A stretch of 64,000 bases of DNA from Lachnoclostridium sp. UBA5890 (GCA_002431395.1 DJEU01000059.1:9753-73752), one strand, 5' to 3'; counted from the stretch's first letter, positions 36,826-46,884 are shown. Notes: generated by a model from the letters alone, not told the origin. Numbers and translations: made by a program.

Positions 36826-38244
36826 ATGTACAATCCAAAGTCGGGAAAAGCAACCGAATTTATCGATGACCAGGAGATATTAGACTCCCTGGAATATGCA
36901 CAAAAAAACAAAAATAATAAAGAAGTAATAGATGCGATATTAGAAAAGGCATCTGCCATGAAAGGCATCAGCCACAGGGAGGCTGCCGTTTTATTAGAGT
37001 GTGAATTAGAAGAAGAAAACAAAAAAATAGAAAAATTGGCGAAAGAAATTAAGCAGCGTTTTTATGGCAATCGAATCGTAATGTTTGCCCCATTGTATCT
37101 GTCAAATTACTGCGTCAATGGCTGCACTTATTGTCCATATCATCATTGCAATGAGCATATCCGCAGAAAAAAACTGACGCAGGATGAAATCCGTGACGAA
37201 GTCATTGCTCTGCAGGATATGGGTCACAAGAGACTTGCCATCGAGGCAGGAGAAGATCCGGTCAATAATCCGATCGAATACATTTTGGACAGCATTAAGA
37301 CCATTTACAGCATCAAACATAAAAATGGTGCGATCCGCCGTGTCAATGTAAATATTGCGGCTACAACTGTAGAAAACTATCAGAAATTACACGATGCCGG
37401 CATTGGAACGTACATTTTGTTCCAGGAGACCTATAACAAAGAAAGTTATGAAAAACTTCACCCAACCGGACCAAAACACAATTATGATTATCATACCGAA
37501 GCAATGGACCGCGCGATGGAAGGCGGCATCGATGATGTCGGACTTGGGGTATTGTTTGGCTTGGAAATGTACCGCTATGAACTTGTCGGAATCATTATGC
37601 ACGCAGAGCATTTGGAAGCGAAATTTGGAGTCGGACCGCATACGATCAGTGTACCGCGAATCTGCCCGGCAGATGATATTGATCCGGGAGAATTTACGAA
37701 CGCAATTTCCGATGAAATATTTGAGAAAATTGTTGCGGTTATCCGTATTGCCGTTCCATACACAGGTATGATCGTATCGACAAGAGAATCTCAGAAGACA
37801 CGTGAAAAAGTGCTTGGACTCGGTATTTCACAAATTAGTGGAGGCTCTCGTACAAGTGTCGGTGGATATGTCGAAGAAGAAAAAGAAGAGGACAATTCCG
37901 CACAGTTTGATGTCAGCGACCGCAGAACCCTTGATGAAGTTGTCAACTGGCTTCTCGAACTGGGATATATCCCAAGTTTCTGTACAGCATGCTATCGCGA
38001 AGGAAGAACCGGTGACCGCTTTATGAAACTGCTGAAATCCGGTCAGATCGTCAACTGCTGCCAGCCAAATGCGCTGATGACATTAAAAGAGTATTTGGAA
38101 GATTATGCCAGCGATGACACCAAGCAAAAAGGTGAAAAAGTCATCCAGAGAGAATTGGAAGTTATTACCAATCCCACAGTGAAAGAAAAGGCAAGAGAAT
38201 ATATCGAAAATATCCACGAAGGCCAGAGAGATTTCCGGTTTTAA
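36826..38244 (+). CDS. hydG: [FeFe]-hydrogenase H-cluster maturase HydG (radical SAM)
   Basis: GGAGGA RBS precedes the ATG at 36826. Radical SAM motif 'CVNGCTYCPY', and the C-terminal Cys motif 'CTACYREGRTGDRF..CCQPNA' typical of HydG. Confidence 0.9.
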   Translation: MYNPKSGKATEFIDDQEILDSLEYAQKNKNNKEVIDAILEKASAMKGISHREAAVLLECELEEENKKIEKLAKEIKQRFYGNRIVMFAPLYLSNYCVNGCTYCPYHHCNEHIRRKKLTQDEIRDEVIALQDMGHKRLAIEAGEDPVNNPIEYILDSIKTIYSIKHKNGAIRRVNVNIAATTVENYQKLHDAGIGTYILFQETYNKESYEKLHPTGPKHNYDYHTEAMDRAMEGGIDDVGLGVLFGLEMYRYELVGIIMHAEHLEAKFGVGPHTISVPRICPADDIDPGEFTNAISDEIFEKIVAVIRIAVPYTGMIVSTRESQKTREKVLGLGISQISGGSRTSVGGYVEEEKEEDNSAQFDVSDRRTLDEVVNWLLELGYIPSFCTACYREGRTGDRFMKLLKSGQIVNCCQPNALMTLKEYLEDYASDDTKQKGEKVIQRELEVITNPTVKEKAREYIENIHEGQRDFRF

Positions 38245-38249
38245 AAGGA

Positions 38250-38284
38250 AGAGACAGCATAGAAAACTATGCTGTCTCTTTTAT
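38250..38284 (+). terminator. Intrinsic terminator of hydG
   Basis: Stem AGAGACAGCATAG / CTATGCTGTCTCT with loop AAAA, followed by TTTTAT. Confidence 0.85.
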
Positions 38285-38345
38285 CATTGATTATGTGTGA
38301 AAGTCAAGCACTATTTGAAAAAGGAGACGAAAGAAAATAATAAAT

Positions 38346-38638
38346 GCTTATGGTCTAACAATTGACGAAACTTGTTATCGAACGTTATAAATCGATATTT
38401 TTAAGAGAAGAATAAGTCGTAATTGCATAATTGTTTGAAGATATTTATAAATCATTTCAGCTGACAAAACCTCGAATTACATGCTTGCATGATAATCGAG
38501 GTTTTGTTTGCGTGCACTGCGAAGCAGTGTGATTTATAAATATCAAGTTTTATGCAATTACGACTGTTCTATTCTTCGATAAAAATGAAGATTTATCGTG
38601 AGATAACTCCCGTTTCTGTCGATTGTTAGACCATAAGC
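38346..38638. repeat. 293-bp imperfect long palindrome (MITE-like element or structured RNA) between convergent hydG and eda
   Basis: The terminal arms are GCTTATGGTCTAACAATTGACGAAAC (38346-38371) and the reverse complement of 38612-38638; they differ by one mismatch and one 1-nt indel. Nested arm pairs are 38407-38430/38550-38577 and 38441-38454/38530-38543. The central hairpin is 38465-38475/38496-38506. Confidence 0.8.
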
Positions 38639-39604
38639 TTAGGCATTCAACGTCAAATGAACGGCAAATCCGCCGAATTCCCCTTTGATATAAACAAAAG
38701 TCATAAAACCGTCTTTGTCATATTTCGCAGTAGACATATCAAATTCGATGCCGCGCAGACCAAGGTGGTATACGGCACGTTCTACGGAATTACATCCGAC
38801 AGCGATATGTCCGTGAGTTCCTGCTCCCGGTGCTTTCATTACTTCGATTTTTTTGCCGCAGAAATACGATACGTCGATATTTTTCTGAGGAAAACCAAAC
38901 ATGGTAGTGAAAGCGTCTGCGGTATCTGCAGCCTCAGCATCATCGGCACAATTGATACCGATGTGTTTGACTTTAAAGCCAAGCATATGGTTGACAGCTT
39001 CGCGTGTAAGGGCAGCGATATTGGTGAATTTATCGGCTGCAAGAAGCGATGTGTCTACCATCCAACTTCCGCCACATGCGATAATGCGGTCAAAGGCAAG
39101 GTATTCATTTAGGTTGGAAGAATTGATACCGCCGGTTGGCATAAATTTCATCTCCGTGTAAGGAGCTGCCATTGCTTTGATCAATTTCAATCCGCCAATT
39201 GCCTCAGCCGGAAATACTTTAACGACATCCAGGCCAAGAGTAGCAGCTTTCTGCACGTCGCTTGGTGTCGCACAACCCGGCATCACCGGGATTTTCTTAT
39301 TGATACAATATTTTACTAATTTTTCATCCATTCCGGGGCTTACGATAAATTTGGCACCGGCAGCTACAGCACGGTCGACCTGCTCGGTTGTGATGACAGT
39401 GCCGGCTCCGATCACCATATCCGGATATTCTTCTGACATGATCGTGATTGCTTCCTCTGCGCAATCGGTTCGAAATGTCACTTCCGCACAAGGAAGTCCG
39501 CCGGTACAAAGAGCTTTGCCAAGCGGTCTGGCATCCTCGGCATGCTTCAATGCAACTACGGGAACAATCCCGATCTTCGAAAGTGTAACTAATACATCGT
39601 TCAT
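38639..39604 (-). CDS. eda: KDPG/KHG aldolase (Eda) fused to a C-terminal VOC/glyoxalase-like domain
   Basis: The N-terminal ~205 aa contain 'IVPVVAL', 'GLPCAEVTFRT', 'GAGTV', 'VKVFPA' and 'MPTGGI', as in Eda. The C-terminal ~110 aa ('KVKHIGINC...GHIAVGC...GGFAVHL') are VOC-like. Confidence 0.85.
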   Translation of the reverse strand: MNDVLVTLSKIGIVPVVALKHAEDARPLGKALCTGGLPCAEVTFRTDCAEEAITIMSEEYPDMVIGAGTVITTEQVDRAVAAGAKFIVSPGMDEKLVKYCINKKIPVMPGCATPSDVQKAATLGLDVVKVFPAEAIGGLKLIKAMAAPYTEMKFMPTGGINSSNLNEYLAFDRIIACGGSWMVDTSLLAADKFTNIAALTREAVNHMLGFKVKHIGINCADDAEAADTADAFTTMFGFPQKNIDVSYFCGKKIEVMKAPGAGTHGHIAVGCNSVERAVYHLGLRGIEFDMSTAKYDKDGFMTFVYIKGEFGGFAVHLTLNA

Positions 39605-39723
39605 TGAAAAAACCTCCTTTTCCCTCTAGTATAACCGATTTTGTAAACAGATGTCAATGGAGAAAAATTCGTTGCTATTTTCCCACCAAAAGAGTATACT
39701 AATAAAAGAGGTTGGTGGTAAAA

Positions 39724-40155
39724 ATGTTTTCGGAAATTTTTTATTCTAAAAAAACAGGAGAACCGGTGCAGGTCATTGCAAAGTGCAGTATATTGCCGGA
39801 TGAAATCCCGGGGATCTGTTTTCAGCAAATGAGTGGAGAGTTTGCTTGTTATGTCTGGGATGTGGAACATTTCAAAGCAAATTATCAAAAAGAAAAAATA
39901 CAGATAAAAGAAGAGACAGAGCCGAAGCCAAAGGAAGAAATTTCGGATCTGGTTCGCTTTCTCGATGCGGATACATACCGCGAAAAAATGAAAATATTGG
40001 AAAGTATGAAAGACGACTTAAATGAGCATATTTTAAATAATATGGCAGTGAGTCTGGATCTTTCCCTGGAAGATGGTGTGGACGGATATTCCTTCCTGAT
40101 GTCCGAACTTAAGATACGAAGCCGTTTTGAGGGCAAGCGAGGAGAACGTCTATGA
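39724..40155 (+). CDS. Hypothetical protein
   Basis: ATG at 39724 follows a purine-rich stretch. The stop overlaps the truA start (ATGA). I recognise no family with confidence. Confidence 0.55.
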   Translation: MFSEIFYSKKTGEPVQVIAKCSILPDEIPGICFQQMSGEFACYVWDVEHFKANYQKEKIQIKEETEPKPKEEISDLVRFLDADTYREKMKILESMKDDLNEHILNNMAVSLDLSLEDGVDGYSFLMSELKIRSRFEGKRGERL

Positions 40156-40895
40156 ATTATCGAATGCAGATACAATACGATGGTGCGCGGTACCGTGGCT
40201 GGCAGAGACAGGCCGCGACCGGCGACACGATTCAAGGGAAACTGGAAGCCATACTTACCAGACGGTTCGGAAGAAATATTGAAATTGACGGTGCAAGCCG
40301 TACGGATGCCGGGGTTCACGCATTGGCACAAATTGCCAATTTTCACGTGACAGACGATGAGGCAGAGGAGCCGGAGAAACTTCAAAAATATATCAATCAA
40401 TATTTGCCGGAAGATATCGCCGTTACCGATGTAGTGGCGGCGGGCGAGCGGTTTCACAGCAGGCTCAATGCGACGGGGAAAACCTACGAGTATCATTTGA
40501 TCCCATATGGCACATACGATGTCTTTGCGCGAAAATACGCGTGGCAGATGACAGCACCGCTTGACATTGAAGCCATGCGGGAAGCAGCAGGACATATACT
40601 CGGAAGCCATGATTTCCGCAGTTTTTGTACCAAGGCAGCAAAGAAAAAATCGACTATCCGCACGATTCGGCTTTTGGAAATTTTTGAGACCAAAAATGAA
40701 ATTGTGATAGAGATCACCGGCAATGGATTTTTGTACAATATGGTGCGTATTCTCGTCGGAACGCTTGTGGAAGTCGGCATGGGATTGCGAAAACCGGACG
40801 AGATTCCGGCGATTTTGGAGAAAAAAGAACGCCGGTATGCAGGAGAGACAGCGCCGGCATGCGGACTATTTTTAAAACAAATTTACTATGAATAA
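40152..40895 (+). CDS. truA: tRNA pseudouridine(38-40) synthase TruA
   Basis: '[12 protein letters not shown]', '[11 protein letters not shown]', '[14 protein letters not shown]'. Confidence 0.95.
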   Translation: MNYRMQIQYDGARYRGWQRQAATGDTIQGKLEAILTRRFGRNIEIDGASRTDAGVHALAQIANFHVTDDEAEEPEKLQKYINQYLPEDIAVTDVVAAGERFHSRLNATGKTYEYHLIPYGTYDVFARKYAWQMTAPLDIEAMREAAGHILGSHDFRSFCTKAAKKKSTIRTIRLLEIFETKNEIVIEITGNGFLYNMVRILVGTLVEVGMGLRKPDEIPAILEKKERRYAGETAPACGLFLKQIYYE

Positions 40896-40909
40896 AAGGA
40901 AGCGGTCGT

Positions 40910-41140
40910 ATGAGAGAAATGGAATTTAAAATGGAGCGGGAAGGCCTTGTCAAACCGGGTGAAAAAATCCGGGTGACAGAAGGTGTACTGCCGAGTGCCT
41001 ATTATTATACTATCATACCGGCGGTCGCCATGTCGGGGAATATCGCATTTTCCGACCGGCTGAAAAACCGCGAAGGTGTAGTAAAAGATGTAATTGAAAA
41101 TGAAAAAGGCTATTATGTAATAGTCGAATTTGATGAATAA
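40910..41140 (+). CDS. Small hypothetical protein
   Basis: 76-aa ORF in a tight same-strand array between truA and the aminopeptidase gene. The start is uncertain (M1, M4 or M8). Confidence 0.45.
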   Translation: MREMEFKMEREGLVKPGEKIRVTEGVLPSAYYYTIIPAVAMSGNIAFSDRLKNREGVVKDVIENEKGYYVIVEFDE

Positions 41141-41154
41141 ATGGAGGAATGAAC

Positions 41155-42546
41155 ATGGAACGCAAAAATGCATGGAATGGATATGAAACAGAAGAATTGA
41201 AAAAAGTGGATGCGTTAAATCAGGAATACCGCACATTTTTGAATGAGGGAAAAACGGAGCGCGAATGCGTGAAACTGGCTGTGAAAATGGCAGAAGAGGC
41301 AGGATACCGCGACTTAAAAGAGGTTATTGCCAAAAAAGAGACATTGAAGGCAGGAGACAAAGTGTACGCTGTCGGCATGAAAAAAATGATCTCTCTTTTC
41401 CAGATCGGTAAGAAACCATTGGAAGAAGGAATGGCAATCCTTGGCGCGCACATTGACTCTCCGCGTCTGGATATTAAACAGAATCCCTTGTACGAAGAGG
41501 GCGGTTTTGCTTATCTTGACACTCATTATTATGGTGGGATCAAAAAATATCAATGGGTGACACTGCCGCTTGCCATCCACGGTGTGATTGCGAAAAAAGA
41601 CGGAACGGTTGTCGATGTCAAAATCGGAGAGGATAAAGAGGATCCGGTATTTTGTGTGACGGACCTTTTGATTCATCTTTCTGCGGACCGCATGGAAAAG
41701 AAGGCCAACAAAGTGATCGAGGGAGAAGAACTTGATCTGTTATTTGGAAGCAAGCCGCTCAAAGGCAAAGAAAAAGAAGCGGTAAAAGAAAGTGTTCTTG
41801 CACTTTTAAAAGAAAAATATGACATGGAAGAAGAAGACTTTTTGTCGGCCGAATTGGAAATCGTGCCAGCCGGGGAAGCGCGTGAAGCTGGTATTGACAC
41901 CAGCATGATCATGGGTTACGGACAGGACGACCGTGTCTGCGCATTTACGTCTCTGAAAGCTATGCTCGAGGTCGAAGGTACAGAATATACGACATGTTGT
42001 CTCCTTGTAGATAAGGAAGAAATTGGAAGTGTCGGTGCGACCGGAATGCAGTCGAAAACATTTGAAAATACGGTGGCTGAGATTCTTGCCTGCATGGGCG
42101 AATACAGTGATCTCGCTGTGCGCCGCTGTCTTGCCAATTCGAAAATGCTCTCTTCGGATGTAAGTGCTGCCTTTGATCCGACATTTAAGTCAGCTTACGA
42201 GCCGAAAAATGCTGCTTATTTTGGAAAAGGAATGGTATTTAACAAATTTACCGGTTCCCGCGGGAAATCCGGAAGCAATGATGCGAATGCCGAATATATC
42301 GCAGGTATCCGCCGTATCCTGGATGAGAGAAATGTTGCATACCAGACGGCAGAACTTGGAAAAGTAGATGTCGGTGGAGGCGGAACAATTGCCTATATTA
42401 TGGCACTTTATGGCATGGAAGTGATTGATTGCGGTGTCGCCGTTCTCAATATGCATGCTCCGTGGGAAATCGTCAGCAAGGCCGATGTCTATGAGACGAA
42501 AAAAGGATATATTGTATTTTTGGAAGATGCATTTTCAGTAAAATAA
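41155..42546 (+). CDS. M18-family aminopeptidase
   Basis: GGAGGA RBS precedes the ATG at 41155. Contains 'GAHIDSPRLD', 'YGQDDRVC', 'DKEEIGS' and 'LNMHAPWE'. Confidence 0.85.
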   Translation: MERKNAWNGYETEELKKVDALNQEYRTFLNEGKTERECVKLAVKMAEEAGYRDLKEVIAKKETLKAGDKVYAVGMKKMISLFQIGKKPLEEGMAILGAHIDSPRLDIKQNPLYEEGGFAYLDTHYYGGIKKYQWVTLPLAIHGVIAKKDGTVVDVKIGEDKEDPVFCVTDLLIHLSADRMEKKANKVIEGEELDLLFGSKPLKGKEKEAVKESVLALLKEKYDMEEEDFLSAELEIVPAGEAREAGIDTSMIMGYGQDDRVCAFTSLKAMLEVEGTEYTTCCLLVDKEEIGSVGATGMQSKTFENTVAEILACMGEYSDLAVRRCLANSKMLSSDVSAAFDPTFKSAYEPKNAAYFGKGMVFNKFTGSRGKSGSNDANAEYIAGIRRILDERNVAYQTAELGKVDVGGGGTIAYIMALYGMEVIDCGVAVLNMHAPWEIVSKADVYETKKGYIVFLEDAFSVK

Positions 42547-42570
42547 GATCTATTGAAAATGGTTTTGCTT

Positions 42571-42609
42571 CGAGGCATGGATCATCGTGGTCCGTGTCTC
42601 GATTTTTTT
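42571..42609 (+). terminator. Intrinsic terminator of the aminopeptidase gene
   Basis: Stem CGAGGCATGGA / TCCGTGTCTCG (two G-U pairs), followed by ATTTTTTT. It lies inside the 5' extension of ORF 42587, so that extension is rejected. Confidence 0.7.
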
Positions 42610-42682
42610 GTCCGAAAAACGATATCTTGACAATAGCGGACTTCCCTCATATGATAGGCTTACAATCATAAAAGAAGGGGAA

Positions 42683-43888
42683 ATGCACATGATGATTCAA
42701 AGGGATAGTCTGCCGGAAAACGTGATATTACAGGGACGATATGAAGTAAGAAAAGCCACACATACGACACAAGTAGAACGGGATTATGATGTATACGACC
42801 GAGAGGAAAAGAAAGAATACTGGGGCAAGGAATTTTATCCGTCAAATTACTGCAGCAGGGGAGCAGACGGGCAAATGGTCATCGTGCGTGGTACACGGAA
42901 CCAGTCTGTCTTTGAACAGTCCAAAAAATGGTTTGCTCAGGTATACCGACAGATTGCTGCCAGACCGAAAACAAAGGGGTTCCCGGAGGCAGTGCGCCTG
43001 TTTTCGGAAAATAATACGATTTATGTCATTTTAGAAAAATCAGATGGCGGGCGGCTTTCTGAGCAGATTCGGCATGCCGGCGGAAAACTGTCTTATGCCG
43101 AAAGTGTGTCCATTATGCGCGCAATTGTGGAAACATTACTGCAAATGCAGCCGCCGAAGGGGTACTTTCCGAAAATTTCCAAAGAAAGTATATTGCTCTT
43201 GAAAAAGCAGAATAAAATAGAGGTCATATTTACGGACATTGTACAGAAAGAAGATGTTGTCTATTCTGTGGGGAGTCTCTGGGTTGAGATGCTGACAGGA
43301 TTATCCACTCAGACATCGTCTCTGCGTGCCCCGTCAGACTTGGGGGTGGAACTGCCGGCCGAAGCAGAGCAGATGATATTGCGATGCTTGGAAAAGAATA
43401 CAGGAAACAGGGTGTCTTTGGAGGAACTTCTTTCGATCCTCCCACGGGAAAGAAAAACAGTAGGTGCGCTTCCTAAAAAACAGATTTTATTAGCTGTCGC
43501 TGCGCTGGTCTTTGCGATAGCGGCATGGAAAAGTCTGCTGCCGAAAGAGAAAGAGGTTTTGGTCGCGGAAAAGCAGTCCTTTTTGACAGAAACAGCAGAC
43601 GTGGAAAGGATTGTGTCGGCACCTGCCGTATCACTGGGAGCGATTCAGGTAAGTGTGGCAAGTGCACCGGCGATAACGGAGGAGACGGTAAGCGAGGTGG
43701 CTTTAGAAGAAGAAATTCCGACAAGCACATCGGAGCAAACACCCGAAAAGGTGAAAAAGGAAAAACAGAAACAGAAAAAGAAGAACAAAAAGAAGAGTAG
43801 GGAAGAAAGGCAAAATAAGGTGGAGCAATCCGTAGTGGCGACGAGTAAACCGAATAAGCCAAAGTCGAATTTGTTTGATTTATGGTAA
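42683..43888 (+). CDS. Membrane-anchored protein with a degenerate Hanks-kinase-like (pseudokinase) N-terminal domain and a Lys-rich C-terminal tail
   Basis: Start chosen at 'MHMMIQRD'. 'VYSVGSLWVEMLTG' and 'RCLEKNTGNRVSLEELL' resemble kinase subdomains IX-XI, but I see no HRD or DFG motif. Transmembrane segment 'ILLAVAALVFAIAAW'; tail 'KVKKEKQKQKKKNKKK'. Confidence 0.5.
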   Translation: MHMMIQRDSLPENVILQGRYEVRKATHTTQVERDYDVYDREEKKEYWGKEFYPSNYCSRGADGQMVIVRGTRNQSVFEQSKKWFAQVYRQIAARPKTKGFPEAVRLFSENNTIYVILEKSDGGRLSEQIRHAGGKLSYAESVSIMRAIVETLLQMQPPKGYFPKISKESILLLKKQNKIEVIFTDIVQKEDVVYSVGSLWVEMLTGLSTQTSSLRAPSDLGVELPAEAEQMILRCLEKNTGNRVSLEELLSILPRERKTVGALPKKQILLAVAALVFAIAAWKSLLPKEKEVLVAEKQSFLTETADVERIVSAPAVSLGAIQVSVASAPAITEETVSEVALEEEIPTSTSEQTPEKVKKEKQKQKKKNKKKSREERQNKVEQSVVATSKPNKPKSNLFDLW

Positions 43889-44014
43889 AATAGAGACGGT
43901 ATAATGCAAAAATTATAGGGTGTATAACGAAAAAGTTATTGAGAAAGTAAAAATAATACCTATACTTTATGACAAAAATGTGTTATTCTGAACATGGAGA
44001 AAGGAGGTTGCTGG

Positions 44015-45130
44015 ATGCAACACAAAAAACTTATGGGGATTGTAGCTTTGCTGATGTGTCTTTCGTTGGTGGCGCCGACAGTAACGATTGAGGCAGCGAC
44101 AACAATCTACAACAACCAGACTGGTACGCAGGATGGGTACAATTATGAATTGTGGAAAGATTATGGGACCACAAGCATGACCCTGAATGGAGGGGGAACC
44201 TTCAGCTGCCAGTGGAGCAACATTGGAAATGCGTTATTCCGTAAAGGAAAGAAATTTGACGCGACCAAGACGTATTCGCAGCTTGGCAATATCACGATTG
44301 ACTATGGCTGCAACTACCAGCCAAACGGAAACTCTTACCTCTGTGTATATGGCTGGTCAAAGAGTCCGCTTGTGGAATTCTACATCGTGGACAGCTGGGG
44401 AACCTGGCGTCCACCGGGAGGAACTTCCAAAGGACAGATTTATGTAGATGGCGGCACTTACGATGTGTACGAGACAACTCGTGTCAATCAGCCATCCATC
44501 GAAGGAAACACGACCTTCAAACAGTATTGGAGTGTACGTACAAGCAAACGTACGAGCGGAACGATTTCCGTGACAGAACATTTTAAAGCTTGGGCGAACA
44601 AAGGTATGAGCCTCGGAAAGATCTATGAAGCGGCTTTGAATATCGAAGGATATCAGAGTAGCGGAAGTGCCAATGTTTATAAGAATAATATGACCATCGG
44701 CGGAAGTTCAAGTGGATCAAGCAGTTCCGGAAGTTCTGGTTCAGGCAGCTCGGGAAGCACAAGTACAAGCACGAATAAAAAAGAGTGTGAAAGCATGACA
44801 CTTGGGGGCAATTATGCAGGAAAGATTAATTCTCCATTCAGCGGAGTAGGTCTTTATGCAAATGGGGATAATTGCAAATTTACCCAGTATTTTGCTTATG
44901 GCACACACAGCTTTTCGCTTCGTGGCTGTTCGAACAACGATAAGATGGCAAAAGTAGATTTGTACATCGGCGGTACAAAGAAAGGTACTTTTTACTATGG
45001 CGGAAGTTATCCTGCCGTATACACGATCAATAATGTAAGTCATGGAACAGGAAACCAGGAAATTGCGTTGGTATGCTCTGATGACAATGGTACATGGGAT
45101 GCTTATGTAGACTATCTTACATGGCAATAA
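44015..45130 (+). CDS. Secreted GH11 endo-1,4-beta-xylanase with Ser/Gly linker and C-terminal carbohydrate-binding-like module
   Basis: AAAGGAGG RBS precedes the ATG at 44015, and a signal peptide is present. GH11 core 'GYNYELWKD', '[22 protein letters not shown]', 'TFKQYWSVR'. Linker '[20 protein letters not shown]'. Confidence 0.92.
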   Translation: MQHKKLMGIVALLMCLSLVAPTVTIEAATTIYNNQTGTQDGYNYELWKDYGTTSMTLNGGGTFSCQWSNIGNALFRKGKKFDATKTYSQLGNITIDYGCNYQPNGNSYLCVYGWSKSPLVEFYIVDSWGTWRPPGGTSKGQIYVDGGTYDVYETTRVNQPSIEGNTTFKQYWSVRTSKRTSGTISVTEHFKAWANKGMSLGKIYEAALNIEGYQSSGSANVYKNNMTIGGSSSGSSSSGSSGSGSSGSTSTSTNKKECESMTLGGNYAGKINSPFSGVGLYANGDNCKFTQYFAYGTHSFSLRGCSNNDKMAKVDLYIGGTKKGTFYYGGSYPAVYTINNVSHGTGNQEIALVCSDDNGTWDAYVDYLTWQ

Positions 45131-45179
45131 AGGAAATCGATGGATGTCCTGTTATCGGACGTTCAGAATAGAATAATAA

Positions 45180-45224
45180 CTCTGCCTGCGGCAAATAATC
45201 TACCGGCTGCGGGCAGAGTTTTTT
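45180..45224 (+). terminator. Intrinsic terminator of the GH11 gene
   Basis: Stem CTCTGCCTGCGG / CTGCGGGCAGAG (imperfect), followed by TTTTTT. Confidence 0.7.
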
Positions 45225-45272
45225 GTATTACTGCTTTTGTATCCGAAAGCACCTGAACATAGCTTTTCCAGT

Positions 45273-45301
45273 AGACAAAGTGTGTGAAAAATGTTATAAT
45301 T
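45273..45301 (+). promoter_or_regulatory. Putative sigma-A promoter of guaA
   Basis: TAGACA, a 17-nt spacer, then TGtTATAAT (extended -10), about 45 nt upstream of the guaA start. Confidence 0.5.
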
Positions 45302-45345
45302 TTTAAATATATGAAACATGCAATGATCAGAAGGAGGAAATAACG

Positions 45346-46884
45346 TTGAATAAAGAACTCGTTATTGTGCTTGATTTTGGCGGCCAGTACAATCAGCTGA
45401 TTGCCAGACGTGTCCGAGAGTGTCATGTATACTGCGAAGTGCATCCGTACACCCTTGGGATAGATAAGATCAAGGAAATGAACCCGAAAGGGATTATATT
45501 TACCGGTGGACCAAATAGTGTATATGCGGAAGAATCCCCACGTTATCAGAAAGAAATTTTTGAACTTGGTATTCCGATTCTCGGAATTTGCTATGGTTCC
45601 CAGTTGATGGCATATACGCTCGGTGGAACAGTGGAGACAGCACCTGTCAGTGAATATGGAAAGACAGAAGTCAAAGTAGACAAGTCGTCTCTTTTGTTTG
45701 GCGATGTCGAAGAAAAGACAATCTGCTGGATGAGCCACACCGATTATATCGCAAAGGCACCGGAAGGCTTTATCATCAGTGCGACGACACCTGTCTGCCC
45801 GGTAGCAGCGATGGAAATGCCTGAGAAAAAACTTTATGCAACGCAATTTCATCCGGAAGTTCTTCATACTCAGGAAGGTGTGAAGATGCTTTCCAATTTT
45901 GTATACAAAGTCTGTGGATGCAGTGGCGACTGGAAAATGTCTTCTTTCGTAGAAGATACCATCCGCTCCATCCGTGAAAAGGTCGGTGACGGCAAAGTGC
46001 TCTGTGCTCTTTCCGGTGGTGTCGACTCTTCCGTGGCAGCAGTCCTTCTCTCGAAGGCAATCGGCAAACAGTTGACTTGCGTCTTTGTTGATCAGGGACT
46101 TCTCCGCAAAAATGAAGGCGACGAAGTCGAAGCTGTATTCGGTCCAGACGGACCATACGATCTGAACTTTATCCGCGTCAACTGCCAGGAGCGTTTCTAT
46201 GAAAAACTTGCCGGTGTCAGTGAACCGGAAGCAAAACGTAAAATCATCGGCGAAGAATTTATCCGAGTTTTCGAAGAGGAAGCAAAGAAAATCGGAGCTG
46301 TCGATTTCTTGGTACAGGGAACGATTTACCCAGACGTGATCGAATCCGGTCTCGGTAAATCTGCAGTCATCAAGTCCCACCACAATGTCGGTGGTCTCCC
46401 GGACTGCGTTGATTTCAAAGAAATCATCGAACCTCTCCGTCTCCTTTTCAAGGACGAAGTTCGTAAAGCAGGCCGCGAACTCGGCATCCCAGAATATCTG
46501 GTAAACCGCCAGCCATTCCCGGGCCCGGGTCTTGGAATCCGTATCGTCGGCGAAGTAACGGCAGAAAAAGTCCGCATCGTTCAAGACGCCGACTACATCT
46601 ACCGCGACGAGATCGCCAAAGCCGGCATCGAAGGTCTCGGCCAGTACTTCGCAGCCCTCACCAACATGCGCAGTGTCGGTGTCATGGGTGACGAACGTAC
46701 CTACGACTACGCCGTAGCTCTCCGCGCCGTAAACACAACCGACTTCATGACCGCCGAGTGCTCCGAAATTCCATTCGAGGTGCTCCAAAAGGTAATGAAC
46801 CGAATCATAAACGAAGTGAAAGGGGTCAACCGCGTAATGTACGATCTGACCAGTAAGCCACCTGGAACGATAGAGTTTGAGTGA
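45346..46884 (+). CDS. guaA: GMP synthase (glutamine-hydrolysing)
   Basis: TTG start after an AAGGAGG RBS. GATase 'GICYGSQLM', PP-loop '[10 protein letters not shown]', and the C-terminus 'KPPGTIEFE' appears full-length. Confidence 0.97.
   Translation: MNKELVIVLDFGGQYNQLIARRVRECHVYCEVHPYTLGIDKIKEMNPKGIIFTGGPNSVYAEESPRYQKEIFELGIPILGICYGSQLMAYTLGGTVETAPVSEYGKTEVKVDKSSLLFGDVEEKTICWMSHTDYIAKAPEGFIISATTPVCPVAAMEMPEKKLYATQFHPEVLHTQEGVKMLSNFVYKVCGCSGDWKMSSFVEDTIRSIREKVGDGKVLCALSGGVDSSVAAVLLSKAIGKQLTCVFVDQGLLRKNEGDEVEAVFGPDGPYDLNFIRVNCQERFYEKLAGVSEPEAKRKIIGEEFIRVFEEEAKKIGAVDFLVQGTIYPDVIESGLGKSAVIKSHHNVGGLPDCVDFKEIIEPLRLLFKDEVRKAGRELGIPEYLVNRQPFPGPGLGIRIVGEVTAEKVRIVQDADYIYRDEIAKAGIEGLGQYFAALTNMRSVGVMGDERTYDYAVALRAVNTTDFMTAECSEIPFEVLQKVMNRIINEVKGVNRVMYDLTSKPPGTIEFE

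Noticed and set aside
36351-37022. 223-aa minus-strand ORF spanning the hyd promoter, leader, regulator gene and hydG 5' end
   Set aside because: It overlaps a well-supported promoter, leader and two plus-strand genes with good RBSs. Its product is low-complexity.
38340-38645. Target-site duplication flanking the 293-bp palindrome
   Set aside because: The flanks (..AATAAAT | element | TTAGGCA..) show no convincing direct repeat. The MITE interpretation therefore stays a hypothesis.
38657-39629. Plus-strand ORFs 38657..39112, 38901..39161 and 39177..39629
   Set aside because: They are all antisense to the Eda-VOC gene, whose Eda motifs are clear.
45225-45345. Possible purine or guanine riboswitch upstream of guaA
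   Set aside because: The predicted promoter leaves only about 45 nt of leader. I see no three-way-junction-like conserved purine riboswitch elements or terminator there.
45163-46788. 541-aa ORF on the minus strand, the longest unexplained ORF in the track
   Set aside because: It lies entirely antisense to guaA, whose translation carries unmistakable GATase and PP-loop motifs. The antisense product is low-complexity (Phe/Asp/Val/Cys-rich) with no RBS or recognisable motif. It is a shadow ORF caused by codon bias.
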